From a virus: 64,000 nucleotides of DNA. This document shows, piece after piece, positions 29,716 to 39,670 of the stretch (positions are counted from its first letter, which is position 1; each line of letters begins with the position of its first letter). A program made the position numbers and the translations under genes. The stretch spans positions 32,001-96,000 of the IMG/VR virus record IMGVR_UViG_3300042691_053485. One strand, given 5' to 3'. The notes under the pieces are model-generated. The model was not told the DNA's origin, searched no databases, and was given only the letters and a program-made list of their open reading frames with translations.

Positions 29716-30365
29716 CCTCTAATACCAATATTCTTATGATACATTCCCATTTTTTCACCTAGTTGTTTATTATAGAATGTATCAGATGAGTTATCGTATT
29801 GATGGTTAAGTATTTTTGTTGTTTTATTATTAAAGCAATTAAAAAGAAACACTTCAGGTGAATATGAGTTTCTTATATCCTTTGGGATTTGGGACTCTTC
29901 TTTAATAGGATTTAATACTGTTTCAATAACTTTTATAAAAGAACCATTCATAAATATCCCTTCCATCATGAAATAGTTAGTACCATAATTGAATTTTGGA
30001 CTTCTACAAACAATATCATAACAGCCATCACCTACAAGTGATATGTTATGCTTATATACATCAATATAGTCCTCACTAATACTAACATCATCATGACTAA
30101 AAATAATTACGTCAGGATGTAAACTTAATGCTTTTTTAACCCCAAGCGCAAACCCGTTAACACAGCCAATTTTATGTGGTCTTTGAGTAAAATATATAGG
30201 GTGGACTCTTGAACCGAACGTTTGCTGCTTAAATGTATCAATGTTTATGTCATTATTATAAGCTATAACAAATTCCGACTCCGGGAAATGCTTAATTTCC
30301 TTTTGAATTGTTTCAAGTAGTGTCTTTGGGCGATTATAAACATTATGGACAAATACTATTTTCAT
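29703..30365 (-). CDS. Putative GT-A glycosyltransferase
   Basis: HNVYNR..TL, GFALGVKKA, IFSHDD. Confidence 0.55.
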   Translation of the reverse strand: MKIVFVHNVYNRPKTLLETIQKEIKHFPESEFVIAYNNDINIDTFKQQTFGSRVHPIYFTQRPHKIGCVNGFALGVKKALSLHPDVIIFSHDDVSISEDYIDVYKHNISLVGDGCYDIVCRSPKFNYGTNYFMMEGIFMNGSFIKVIETVLNPIKEESQIPKDIRNSYSPEVFLFNCFNNKTTKILNHQYDNSSDTFYNKQLGEKMGMYHKNIGIRGWNE

Positions 30366-31102
30366 TTCTTATTTACAGTTTTCCAACCCATTTTGATATA
30401 AGTTTCACAAAGCATATTCCTTAACTCAAAATGGTTTTTAGTTTGAAGATATGTTGCATTTTTATCATTTCCATGTTGAACCCCAAGAGCATGATTGTTG
30501 CCCCAAACTGAGTTATCATTTTTAGGATGTGGGGGGACAAATGTTTTGACATTTCCATATTTCTGAGCTAAATAACTAAATTGTATGTCTTCACCGTTAT
30601 CCCATGTAACGGGTTCTTCCATCCATAAGTATTTTAAGTGTTCTTTTTTAAAAAACCAACAATGCCCAACTAAGTCAACCTCTCTTACTTCAGGATTATT
30701 TGTACCATTCCAGCCTATTTTTTCGTGTGGCATATATGTATTACCCTTTAATAAAATTCCGCTGCATCCAAGTATACCATCTTTTTTCGATAATGTGTTA
30801 ATACAATTTTCAAACCATTTAGGTTCAGGAAAACAGTCATCATCAAAAATAGAGATGTATTTCGTTTGTGCTAGTAATCCCAACGCAAATCTTCCATGGA
30901 ATTTGAAATTATGGTTTGATTGAATTATTTTAACTGAAGGTGTTGTAATAGTTGGAAGCCCCTCCGTACCCTTATTACACCAAACCCAAATCTCCTTTGG
31001 CTTATATGTTTGCTTTTCAATAAAGTCAATTTGCTTTTGAATATTACTAGGTCTATTATAAGCATTTAATATGACCGTAAGGTCAATTATGTTGTTAGCC
31101 AT
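30362..31102 (-). CDS. Glycosyltransferase family 2
   Basis: VILNAYNRP, KYISIFDDDCFP..KWF, VDLVGHCWFF, NGEDIQFS. Confidence 0.85.
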   Translation of the reverse strand: MANNIIDLTVILNAYNRPSNIQKQIDFIEKQTYKPKEIWVWCNKGTEGLPTITTPSVKIIQSNHNFKFHGRFALGLLAQTKYISIFDDDCFPEPKWFENCINTLSKKDGILGCSGILLKGNTYMPHEKIGWNGTNNPEVREVDLVGHCWFFKKEHLKYLWMEEPVTWDNGEDIQFSYLAQKYGNVKTFVPPHPKNDNSVWGNNHALGVQHGNDKNATYLQTKNHFELRNMLCETYIKMGWKTVNKK

Positions 31103-33405
31103 TTGCATATTTTTTTAGAGTTTTCAGAATTGTCTTTTAAATAGTTCCTTGTGACACCAAGTCCCATGGTTTTATCCAATGAAGACCCAATATCAAGAAG
31201 GAATAGGTCTTTGCGGATATTATGAATTTTATAGATAGCTAATTTGGTAAATGTCCCCGCCATAAACAAAAAAACCGTGTTAGTGCTAACAGATTTTGAA
31301 TACTCAAGAATTTCAGAGATTTTATCATAGTCATTAAGCCAAGCATTTACCCCAATCCTAAATTCATTTATTACGTTTACATGTTTATGTAACTCTTTGG
31401 TGTCGGCATTTTTATGGCAGATAACCACTACATTTTTATCTCGAATGCTGTTTAGGAAATAGGATTTAAAATATTCATGATTACTGTTAACAAAAATATT
31501 AGCCCAGGTGAGGTTATAATCGGGCTGTGCCGCAACATTAAGCATTTTTTTTACACTATCCTTATTTACACAGCATGGGCAAGGAAGCCCAACAAAATAG
31601 TTAGCATCTTTATATTGAATTGATTCAACCATCTCTTGCTGAAGTTTCAAGTATCTTTTATCTTCAAGGTCAAACTTATGTTCGCCGTGGTGTTTATTAC
31701 TTAAATCTATAGGTTTTCCTTCAATTATCATCATCTCTCCATCGCCATACCTAACAATTGAAAAAGGATTGTTTTCTTTGAGTCTTTCAAAGAAAAAGTG
31801 TATCTCGGTATTGAAGATGTGACTCCTCTCAACATGTTTTACCACTCCAACGACAGGTGTTATTTTAATGTTTTTCGCCGTGTAGATGTTTGAGTTCGTT
31901 TTTGCATCAAACTTTGCTCGTTCAGTTTTCGAAACCGTTTGGCTTAAACTATTAGGATGCCGTCTATAATAGAAAAGTTGATTTTCAATAAAATATGTAC
32001 TCGTAAATTTGTCAAGCCTGATTAGGAGTTCTGAGTCTGACGAAAATTTAGAGTTCACATACCCTCCTGCCTTATCAAAAATGCTTTTCTTCATAAAAAG
32101 CACACCAACAGCCGGGAAAATCTTTTGTTGGACAATATTATTTATGCTACCCTCAAATGGAGTAAATTTAAATCTAATGAAATCATATTTTCCATCAATT
32201 TTCATAATTTCAGAAACCATTTGTGGTTTCATAATATCATCACTATCAAATCTAATAAGGTTTGGATATTTTGTCAATGGAACAAGGGTATTCATTACAA
32301 CATAAGTACCAAAATTTTTTTCCATCATAGCGATAGTAAGATTTCGATACTTATTTTTAATGGTTAAGAGTTTTTTAAATGTGTCAGTACAGCCATCAAC
32401 CCCAACAATTACTTCAAAATTGTTATTACCTTTAAAATATGTTTGAGATTCAATTGAATCCAAACATTGTTCGATATATGCTGAAGTTTTATATGCAGTT
32501 ATAAGAATACTAATGCCACCGCTTATTGTAATGCTTTGAGTGTCCGCAGTATCAATTACTTTTGATTCGAACTTCTTTTGAAATTGTTTTAAAATATTTT
32601 GATTCTCATTTAGCATAGGCTCTTTTTGTACACTTACATTTATAGCTTGTTGTTGGTCATTTCTCAATCCTAAACCTACACCACCGAGATGAATTAATGA
32701 TTCTTTTACAATTTGCTTTTTAGTTGTTGCAGCCCAAACTTTCTGAATAAATCGGAAATCACCACACTTCCATCCATCCCATCTGATACCCTTGGCGATT
32801 GATTGGTGAACCATAAAACAAGGTGCACCTATTCTTGCAATTTTTGGTGGAAGGCCAAGCTCTTGAATTGATGGCAACGTCATTCCATTGGGGTATCTCA
32901 TTTGCCAGAGGATAAGGTCTGTATTATTTTTGATTTGATTAACCATTTTCTGAACTGCGTTATTATCAGCTAAGTAATCATCATCATCTAAAAATAAAAT
33001 CCAACCATCTTCGACCTTGTTTATAAGAATATTGAAATACAAATTGAAAATAAATCTTTTACCTGTTTTAGGGTCAGGTATGTCAATCTCAGAAGAAACT
33101 TTATCCTTATCGATGAAAATATATTCAACACCCAATGATTTTACATACTCTTCATCTTTAACATCATCAATTGAAACAATATGTCGTATCTTCTTATATG
33201 TCTGATTCTTGACCGATTCTACACATCTCTTGAAGCTATTAGGTCGATTTGAAGTTCGTGTGAGAATATTAATTGTTGGGGTTGGTGTTTCAATCTTCTT
33301 GATAACAATTTTATTTTGCTCAACAACCTCTTGTTTTGGTTTAGAGTTTTGAATAACCGTACCTTTATTTCCTGTTCGAGTTGGAAGTCTCTTTATATGC
33401 CTCAT
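31087..33405 (-). CDS. Three-domain glycosyltransferase: GT2 + GT2 + GT-D (DUF1792-like)
   Basis: ILTRTSNRP/FLDDDD; LITAYK/RFDSDD; FSIVRYGDGE and LLDIGSSLD. Confidence 0.8.
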   Translation of the reverse strand: MRHIKRLPTRTGNKGTVIQNSKPKQEVVEQNKIVIKKIETPTPTINILTRTSNRPNSFKRCVESVKNQTYKKIRHIVSIDDVKDEEYVKSLGVEYIFIDKDKVSSEIDIPDPKTGKRFIFNLYFNILINKVEDGWILFLDDDDYLADNNAVQKMVNQIKNNTDLILWQMRYPNGMTLPSIQELGLPPKIARIGAPCFMVHQSIAKGIRWDGWKCGDFRFIQKVWAATTKKQIVKESLIHLGGVGLGLRNDQQQAINVSVQKEPMLNENQNILKQFQKKFESKVIDTADTQSITISGGISILITAYKTSAYIEQCLDSIESQTYFKGNNNFEVIVGVDGCTDTFKKLLTIKNKYRNLTIAMMEKNFGTYVVMNTLVPLTKYPNLIRFDSDDIMKPQMVSEIMKIDGKYDFIRFKFTPFEGSINNIVQQKIFPAVGVLFMKKSIFDKAGGYVNSKFSSDSELLIRLDKFTSTYFIENQLFYYRRHPNSLSQTVSKTERAKFDAKTNSNIYTAKNIKITPVVGVVKHVERSHIFNTEIHFFFERLKENNPFSIVRYGDGEMMIIEGKPIDLSNKHHGEHKFDLEDKRYLKLQQEMVESIQYKDANYFVGLPCPCCVNKDSVKKMLNVAAQPDYNLTWANIFVNSNHEYFKSYFLNSIRDKNVVVICHKNADTKELHKHVNVINEFRIGVNAWLNDYDKISEILEYSKSVSTNTVFLFMAGTFTKLAIYKIHNIRKDLFLLDIGSSLDKTMGLGVTRNYLKDNSENSKKICKWLTT

Positions 33406-34895
33406 CTAATAACCTGAATATATTTTTTCAACTTGTTAATGTTTTTTGATATTTTAGGAAGAACATGCTCATTCATATCCTTTACCTCTAATTCCACCTT
33501 CTTAGGATTTTTACTCCTTGTTGTTGACTCAAAGTGATAGCACATTGCACTCCCAACATAAATATTTTTATAGTTTCTAATGATACACTCTAAATTTAAA
33601 ATGACATCCTCCATACAGTCATAGGTTTTTTCTTCAAACCCTTTGATGCCATCAAAAAGCACCTTTCGAATCATCAAAAATGCCCCGGTACTTCCCAAAA
33701 CATCATTTTTAGTCTTAAATCCGTGATAGAAGGTTTGAATGCCGTGGTGTGAAAGCCCTATCCTTCCCTTATTTACATAACAAACAATCCCTGCATGCTG
33801 TATTTTATTGTTGAGATAGTGTAGTCTGCAACCAATAGTACCAGTGGTTTTTGGCGATTTTAAATATTCTGCAACCATAATTGAAATTGCATCATTCATC
33901 ATCAAAATGTCATCATTAACAAACAATAACAGCTCGGTATCGGACTCGACATGATTTTTTACAACATCATTATTTATTTTTGCAAAATGGTAAAAGTCAT
34001 ATTCAATCAACTTGTCAATCACTCTTTCACCATTGAGTTGCCTAAGTTTAGAAATAGTATCAGATTCGCTGCCAGTATCCGCGACATAAATTTTATAGTT
34101 CCTGTATTGAGTTGTAAATCGAATAGATTCAATACAACTCTTCAGAAGCTCAAAATTATCCTTTGAAGGGATTATTATCGCAAGTTTGGGTTCTCGGGGT
34201 AACTCAACAATTTTATTCTCTATATGTGGCTGGGGGAAGAGTTCTAAGGGTAATTTATTCTTATAAGTCTCCGCAAATTTTCGTCTGCTATATTCCCACT
34301 CCTTTGAAACATTTCCAATAGAGGCGTGTCGGACTTTAAAATCGCTGACAACACCAATTTTAACACCTCGTAAATGATTCTCAACACAAAAAGGAATGTC
34401 ATAAAAGTGGAATCCTTCAAATTCTTCAACAAAATTTGCCTTGATTCTATCCTTTTTGATTGCGATAAAAAGTCCATCTACTGCAAGAACTTCTTGAATT
34501 GTGCTTGGGATTGATTCAGAATATTCGCTGTCTTTCCAAGCCCCCTTTTCGTCCCGATGATGAACCGACCCTACCATCAGATGTCGGTCTTGCCACCACA
34601 TTCCTGTTTCGGGTAATCTTGTTGTACCCGCAACGCCAAGTATTCCATAATTACTTTTTTGGAAGGCATCAAAAATTATTTTATCCCAGCCTTTACTTAA
34701 AAAAACATCGTCATGGATGCAAACCAAAATATCATTTGAACTTTCTAAAATCGCTTGATTATAAGCTTTTGCAAGCGAAGTTTGCCCATTATTTTCAAAT
34801 GGGATTATTTCCACATTCTCCAATACACAAGTCCCACGTAAATATGTTAAATGTTCATTGTCAATCTTTCGCGTCGAATAAAAAACAGAAATCAT
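33402..34895 (-). CDS. Tandem GT2 glycosyltransferase (YhfT-like domain + GT2)
   Basis: CIHDDV, GVAG, VDGLF, FHFYD; second domain IIIPSKD, FVNDD, IQHAG, GAFLM. Confidence 0.85.
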   Translation of the reverse strand: MISVFYSTRKIDNEHLTYLRGTCVLENVEIIPFENNGQTSLAKAYNQAILESSNDILVCIHDDVFLSKGWDKIIFDAFQKSNYGILGVAGTTRLPETGMWWQDRHLMVGSVHHRDEKGAWKDSEYSESIPSTIQEVLAVDGLFIAIKKDRIKANFVEEFEGFHFYDIPFCVENHLRGVKIGVVSDFKVRHASIGNVSKEWEYSRRKFAETYKNKLPLELFPQPHIENKIVELPREPKLAIIIPSKDNFELLKSCIESIRFTTQYRNYKIYVADTGSESDTISKLRQLNGERVIDKLIEYDFYHFAKINNDVVKNHVESDTELLLFVNDDILMMNDAISIMVAEYLKSPKTTGTIGCRLHYLNNKIQHAGIVCYVNKGRIGLSHHGIQTFYHGFKTKNDVLGSTGAFLMIRKVLFDGIKGFEEKTYDCMEDVILNLECIIRNYKNIYVGSAMCYHFESTTRSKNPKKVELEVKDMNEHVLPKISKNINKLKKYIQVIR

Positions 34896-34927
34896 TTTTA
34901 TTTTAATTTGGAATTCAAAGGAATAAA

Positions 34928-35941
34928 TTAAATTTCATTAGCTTTATCTCCGATTTCAATGATTTCATCAAATAGTTTATCAGAAAATAAATCTGTCACA
35001 AAAACCGTACTCTTTCCTGAAGACATTTCAAGATTGTAGTAAACAATGCTGCCTGAATCCCCTGCACCCAACTGTCCAATTGGATTGTCTTGGTCGTCAA
35101 ACCACTCTTTTAATAGCTTTACACTAATAATTCTACCCGCAAGCAGCGCTTTAGAAAATAAATGTAAATCCGTAACTGTCGTATAAATCAGTCCCTTGGA
35201 CAAAGAATTAGTCCATAGGTTGCCTCTCTCCATATTACCCGTTTCGTCAATTATAAATCCTATCATTTTTCTAACTTCAGGCTTTCTATAGTCAACTCGA
35301 CCGCTATTTCGACATCCCGCAGGAGCGAAAATATATTCTTCTAACAATTGATACCAACGTTTTTTCATCGTTAGCTCAGCAATCGTTGTGAGGATATAGA
35401 AATTTGAATTACTGTAAAGTTCCTCTTTTCCTGCTTCAAAATAAAGGGGGTACTGACTCAATGCACGCATAACATCGACCCATCCGAAAGATTTTGGGGC
35501 ATCTGGGTTGTACGATGCGAAATCGTCGATTTCATTCATGAAATCAGGAATACCACTCTTATGCAATAAGCAGTCTCTAACTGTTATATTACTCCACGCA
35601 TTCCAATCGTAGTAGTTGATAACATTCTTTCCATCTTTTGTAGGGTCTAGCCAATCGAGAATTGGGGCATCAAGGTCAATTTTACCTAGTTCTACAAGTT
35701 TAAGAATGAGAACTTTTACATGAGTTTTACTAACACTTTGAGCTAGGAACGGAGTGTTATTTTTGATTTTGCCTCGATTCCATTGAAACTTAACAACTCC
35801 CTTTGAACCGTCTTTTTCAAAGTCAACGACCTGTAAATTCAAACTTGGAATTCTGTACTCCTCTTTGAATTGTGCTAACTCTTTTATAATATTAATCCTC
35901 TTTCGATGTTTTGTTTCCGAAAGAATTGATTTAAACTTCAT
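34928..35941 (-). CDS. Serine hydrolase, beta-lactamase class C / PBP fold, with an LSE leader
   Basis: QSVSKT (SxxK), LLHKSGIPD, YSNSNF (YxN); start MKFKSILSE; minus-strand TATTTATA at 35954-35961. Confidence 0.82.
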   Translation of the reverse strand: MKFKSILSETKHRKRINIIKELAQFKEEYRIPSLNLQVVDFEKDGSKGVVKFQWNRGKIKNNTPFLAQSVSKTHVKVLILKLVELGKIDLDAPILDWLDPTKDGKNVINYYDWNAWSNITVRDCLLHKSGIPDFMNEIDDFASYNPDAPKSFGWVDVMRALSQYPLYFEAGKEELYSNSNFYILTTIAELTMKKRWYQLLEEYIFAPAGCRNSGRVDYRKPEVRKMIGFIIDETGNMERGNLWTNSLSKGLIYTTVTDLHLFSKALLAGRIISVKLLKEWFDDQDNPIGQLGAGDSGSIVYYNLEMSSGKSTVFVTDLFSDKLFDEIIEIGDKANEI

Positions 35942-36008
35942 AGGATGTTTTCCTATAAATATCAAACTTCGCTGGAACTTTTTTCACCGCCGTTAAGTTG
36001 TATGAACT

Positions 36009-36890
36009 ATGACAGAAAATATAAAATTGCTTATTGAAAGTGGACTAAAACAAAATCTGTTATTAGCAGAGCAGCTTGCAATTAGTGAAGAACTTAATTT
36101 TAATAATCTATTGGAGGAAGTTTGGGATTTGGATTTTTGGATGACCAACTTAAATAAGCTTGACATTATAGTAAATTTACATAACCCTATCGATATTGGT
36201 AAGATTGACCTTGTAAATTTTCTATTTACACAGGAAGAATTAATTTTTCGTGGAGTCGAACTTTTAATGTTCTCCAAAAATATCAGAAATTTTACAAATT
36301 TACAACGTTTATATTTAAATTGTAACAAATTAATTAGCATCCCTAGCAGTATCGGTAACTTACAGGATTTACGTGTCTTAGATTTATCCAACAACAAGCT
36401 GAGCAGCCTTCCTGAATCCATCGGCAACTTGCAGAATTTGAAAGAGTTATATTTGTATGGCAACCACTTGAGTAGCCTGCCTGAATCGATTGGCAACTTG
36501 CATAATTTGGAAAGATTGTATTTAGATGGCAACAACCTAAACAGTTTGCCTGAATCCATCAGTAATTTACAGAATTTACAAGTCTTAGATTTATCCAACA
36601 ACAAGTTGAGCAGCCTGTCTGAATCAATTAATCACTTACAAAATTTGCGAGTATTATGCTTGAGTGAATCAAATGTTAATGCAATTTTAGATTGTATTGG
36701 TAATTTGCCAAATTTGGAGTCTCTAAGGTTATATCTTGAAAATCCTAGTTTGATATCTGGTGATATAACCAGTATAAAAAAATTAAAATATATACTATTT
36801 TATGACAGCAACATCCCTATCAAACATATTAAAGCCTTCAAAAGAAAGTTAAAAGGGGTGCTAATCCATGACTGTATTAATAGATGTTGA
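36009..36890 (+). CDS. LRR protein 5 (leaderless)
   Basis: Starts at the N-cap LIESGLKQNLLLA; contains canonical 69-bp repeats. Confidence 0.9.
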   Translation: MTENIKLLIESGLKQNLLLAEQLAISEELNFNNLLEEVWDLDFWMTNLNKLDIIVNLHNPIDIGKIDLVNFLFTQEELIFRGVELLMFSKNIRNFTNLQRLYLNCNKLISIPSSIGNLQDLRVLDLSNNKLSSLPESIGNLQNLKELYLYGNHLSSLPESIGNLHNLERLYLDGNNLNSLPESISNLQNLQVLDLSNNKLSSLSESINHLQNLRVLCLSESNVNAILDCIGNLPNLESLRLYLENPSLISGDITSIKKLKYILFYDSNIPIKHIKAFKRKLKGVLIHDCINRC

Positions 36891-36931
36891 TAGAAAATTT
36901 TCTTTTTTGATTAAGTAGAAATCTTTATTTG

Positions 36932-37561
36932 ATGGAAGCAATAAAAGGATTAATAGCAAGCGGACAAAAATCAAACCTCTTGTTAGCACAGCAATTCTGT
37001 ATCTGTGAAGGGTTAGATTTCGATGTTTTAGTAGAAGAAATTTGGGATTTAGATTTTTGGCGGACTCACTTATTTAAGCTCCGCAAAATTACTAATATCG
37101 AGGCTATAAATTTATTGTTTACCCAGAAAGAAATACACCTTTCTTTTAGGAAACTTTCAAAGGTTTCCAATAGTATTGGACTTTTAAATAATTTAAAGTT
37201 TTTGTTTTTGGATAATAATAAGTTGGTAGACATTCCAAAAAGTATTTCTAACTTGCAAAACTTACAAGTATTATTTTTAAATAATAATATTTTTGATACG
37301 ATACCTGAAAGTATTGCATATTTACAGGGTTTAAAAATATTAGGTTTAAGTGAAGCTAATGTTCAAGATATTTCAGATTGTATTACAAATTTACATAAAT
37401 TGGAGGATTTGAGATTATTTTATAATAAAATTCCTTATATTCCACAAAATATTGATACGTTGAGGTGTTTAAAATATTTATACTTTTCTGAAAACCTAAT
37501 TCCTATAGAGGAGCTTGAAGATTTGAAAAAACATCTACCTGAAACAAAAATTCTTTATTAG
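36932..37561 (+). CDS. LRR protein 6 (leaderless, AT-rich repeats)
   Basis: LIASGQKSNLLLA; IPKSISNLQNL, IPESIAYLQGL; ends LPETKILY. Confidence 0.88.
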   Translation: MEAIKGLIASGQKSNLLLAQQFCICEGLDFDVLVEEIWDLDFWRTHLFKLRKITNIEAINLLFTQKEIHLSFRKLSKVSNSIGLLNNLKFLFLDNNKLVDIPKSISNLQNLQVLFLNNNIFDTIPESIAYLQGLKILGLSEANVQDISDCITNLHKLEDLRLFYNKIPYIPQNIDTLRCLKYLYFSENLIPIEELEDLKKHLPETKILY

Positions 37562-37775
37562 ACAGTAAATGTCAATGTACCGATGTTTATGATAATTTTA
37601 AAAGTTATATGCTAGCTTACTGTAAGAGCTTTTTCAACTTTTTAAACTCTTTCCTTCCTTCGATTAGTGTCCTACAACTTGGATATACTCGTATCGTGTT
37701 TCCACCAAGATTATCAATCTCTTTTAGACTAATAAGCTTCTTTTGTTATTAAAACTTCAATTGAATTGCACTCAA

Positions 37776-38183
37776 TCAAGATGAGATTGAAATAAGATAG
37801 GACATGAAATTTCCACAATTTTCAGATTGAATTATTTTGTCAATTTCAGATTCTAAATTATTGATTGTTAATAGTGATGATTTTTGATTACTTACAAACT
37901 TTGCACTTAACTTTATTTGCCCATCATCTCCAACAATTTCAATATCAAATATTTCTGTGTCAAATGTTTTCTTGCTATTTAATATACGGTATATAAAATG
38001 AGCTTTTCCATGTCTCAATTCTTGCCGAATACGACCAATCAAAAGTCCATTAGAACCTTCAAAAAGACCCTTTGAGTATTCATTAAATATTCTTTTGATT
38101 TTATCCTTTGTATATTTTATTGATTTGATATTATGATTCATAAAGCTTATGTTATTGAATTTTAATGTAATCTGATGGAGCAA
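37776..38183 (-). CDS. Hypothetical, possibly decayed ORF
   Basis: 135-aa ORF with a weak start, next to the TnpB copy 2 right flank. Confidence 0.35.
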   Translation of the reverse strand: MLHQITLKFNNISFMNHNIKSIKYTKDKIKRIFNEYSKGLFEGSNGLLIGRIRQELRHGKAHFIYRILNSKKTFDTEIFDIEIVGDDGQIKLSAKFVSNQKSSLLTINNLESEIDKIIQSENCGNFMSYLISISS

Positions 38184-38276
38184 TAATCATATAGGGATTT
38201 TGAATTGATTCATTTTTATAATCCAATGTTCAAAACATATAGGCTAATCTTTTTCCAAAAAATCGATATAAGCATA

Positions 38277-39665
38277 CCGTTCTCAAAAACTTGCACAAAG
38301 TTGAACATGTCAAACATGTGCAGTTTTTGTTCCCAATTCATCGACAGGCTGAGTGCTGAAAAGCACCGAACTCCCATCTCCAAGGGCTGACACGGTGGAA
38401 CTCACCGCCAAATTTTTCAGGTTGATGCTTGCATTCAAATCCCTGTCAATTTCGAGGTGACAGAAATTGCAAGCATATTTTCTCTCAGAAAGTTTCAAAC
38501 TTTGTTTTTTGTTGCCACAACTTGAGCACAACTTGCTGCTGGCAAAGAAGGTGTTCGCCAAAATGACTTCTCCCCCATACCATGCTTTTTTGTACAACAG
38601 TTGTCTTTTGAACTCAAAAAATCCACCGTCAAGGATTGCTGATGCAAGCTTTTTGTTTTTCACCATGTTCTTGACCTTCAAATCCTCTATCACCACCACT
38701 TCAAAGTTTTTGGCGAGATAGGTTGTCAGTTTGTGAAGACAGTCCTTTCTTACATTTGCAACTGCGGCATGAATCTTTGCAAGCTTTTGAACAGATTGTT
38801 TGTAGTTGTTGCTTTGGCTTTCAGCTCCTCTAACAAATCTTCTGCTCACCTCTTTTTGTTGCCTTCTGAGTTTCTCCTTTGCCTTTTTGTAAGGCTTGAT
38901 ATTTTCGAATGTTTCTCCATTACTGAGTGTTGCCAAGGTTTTAACACCTAAGTCAACACCAACGACAAGTTCTTTCTTTTTTGTGATAGCCGGAATGTGT
39001 TCGACTCTGAATGAGATGAACCAGTGGTCAGCAGTCCTGCTGATTGTGCAGTTCTTTATGGACTTAACATCTAGTGTTTCGGATAATTTTACCCATCCAA
39101 TTTTTGGTAGTTTGACTTTATTCCCTTCTATCCTTATGCCATGTTTGTTACTATTTTCCAGATAGAATGAATCGCCTCTTCCTTTCTTCTTGTATCTTGG
39201 TAGTCCTTGCAGACCTGTTGAGGTCTTAACACCATTTACAATTTTATAGTGAAGAAGCTTGTATCCTGATTGCTTTTGCAGGCGGTGAAAGTTCTTGTAT
39301 GCTGTCTCAAGATTCCTCAGTGCTTGTTGTGGGGCGCATTTTGACACCTCATAATACCAAGCATGTTCCTTTTTCACCGTTGCTACAAGCCACTTATGAA
39401 GTGTGATGGCTGATGGGGTTGATTTCCCGTCTTTAAATAAGTCATTGCAATAGCTCAAAGCCTGATTGTAGGCATGACGAGCTGTGCCTGCATGTTTTGC
39501 AAACATCTGCTCCTGCAACCTTGTAGGCTCTAACCTTATCTTCAATGACTTGTATTGCATTTTCTGCTTATTTCAATCTGCTATAACCCGAAAAACTTAT
39601 ACACCATGTGGCAATTAATATACCAATGTTTAGAAATGTTACACTTTGTTCAAATATTTTTTAAC
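38277..39665 (-). mobile_element. Non-autonomous IS607/IS605-like element, tnpB only (copy 2, inverted)
   Basis: Same ends as copy 1; inserted just after the stop codon at 39671. Confidence 0.85.
38310..39560 (-). CDS. tnpB: TnpB RNA-guided endonuclease
   Basis: 416 aa, about 27 substitutions relative to copy 1 by manual count; catalytic D-E-D intact. Confidence 0.93.
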   Translation of the reverse strand: MQYKSLKIRLEPTRLQEQMFAKHAGTARHAYNQALSYCNDLFKDGKSTPSAITLHKWLVATVKKEHAWYYEVSKCAPQQALRNLETAYKNFHRLQKQSGYKLLHYKIVNGVKTSTGLQGLPRYKKKGRGDSFYLENSNKHGIRIEGNKVKLPKIGWVKLSETLDVKSIKNCTISRTADHWFISFRVEHIPAITKKKELVVGVDLGVKTLATLSNGETFENIKPYKKAKEKLRRQQKEVSRRFVRGAESQSNNYKQSVQKLAKIHAAVANVRKDCLHKLTTYLAKNFEVVVIEDLKVKNMVKNKKLASAILDGGFFEFKRQLLYKKAWYGGEVILANTFFASSKLCSSCGNKKQSLKLSERKYACNFCHLEIDRDLNASINLKNLAVSSTVSALGDGSSVLFSTQPVDELGTKTAHV

Positions 39666-39670
39666 TGCTG

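Noticed and set aside
34928-35941. Calling the serine hydrolase an antibiotic-resistance beta-lactamase
   Set aside because: The fold is shared by many esterases and peptidases; no signal peptide and a degenerate third motif
11211-38276. Self-targeting by the TnpB guides elsewhere in the window
   Set aside because: No second match noticed by eye; needs a proper search, so not claimed
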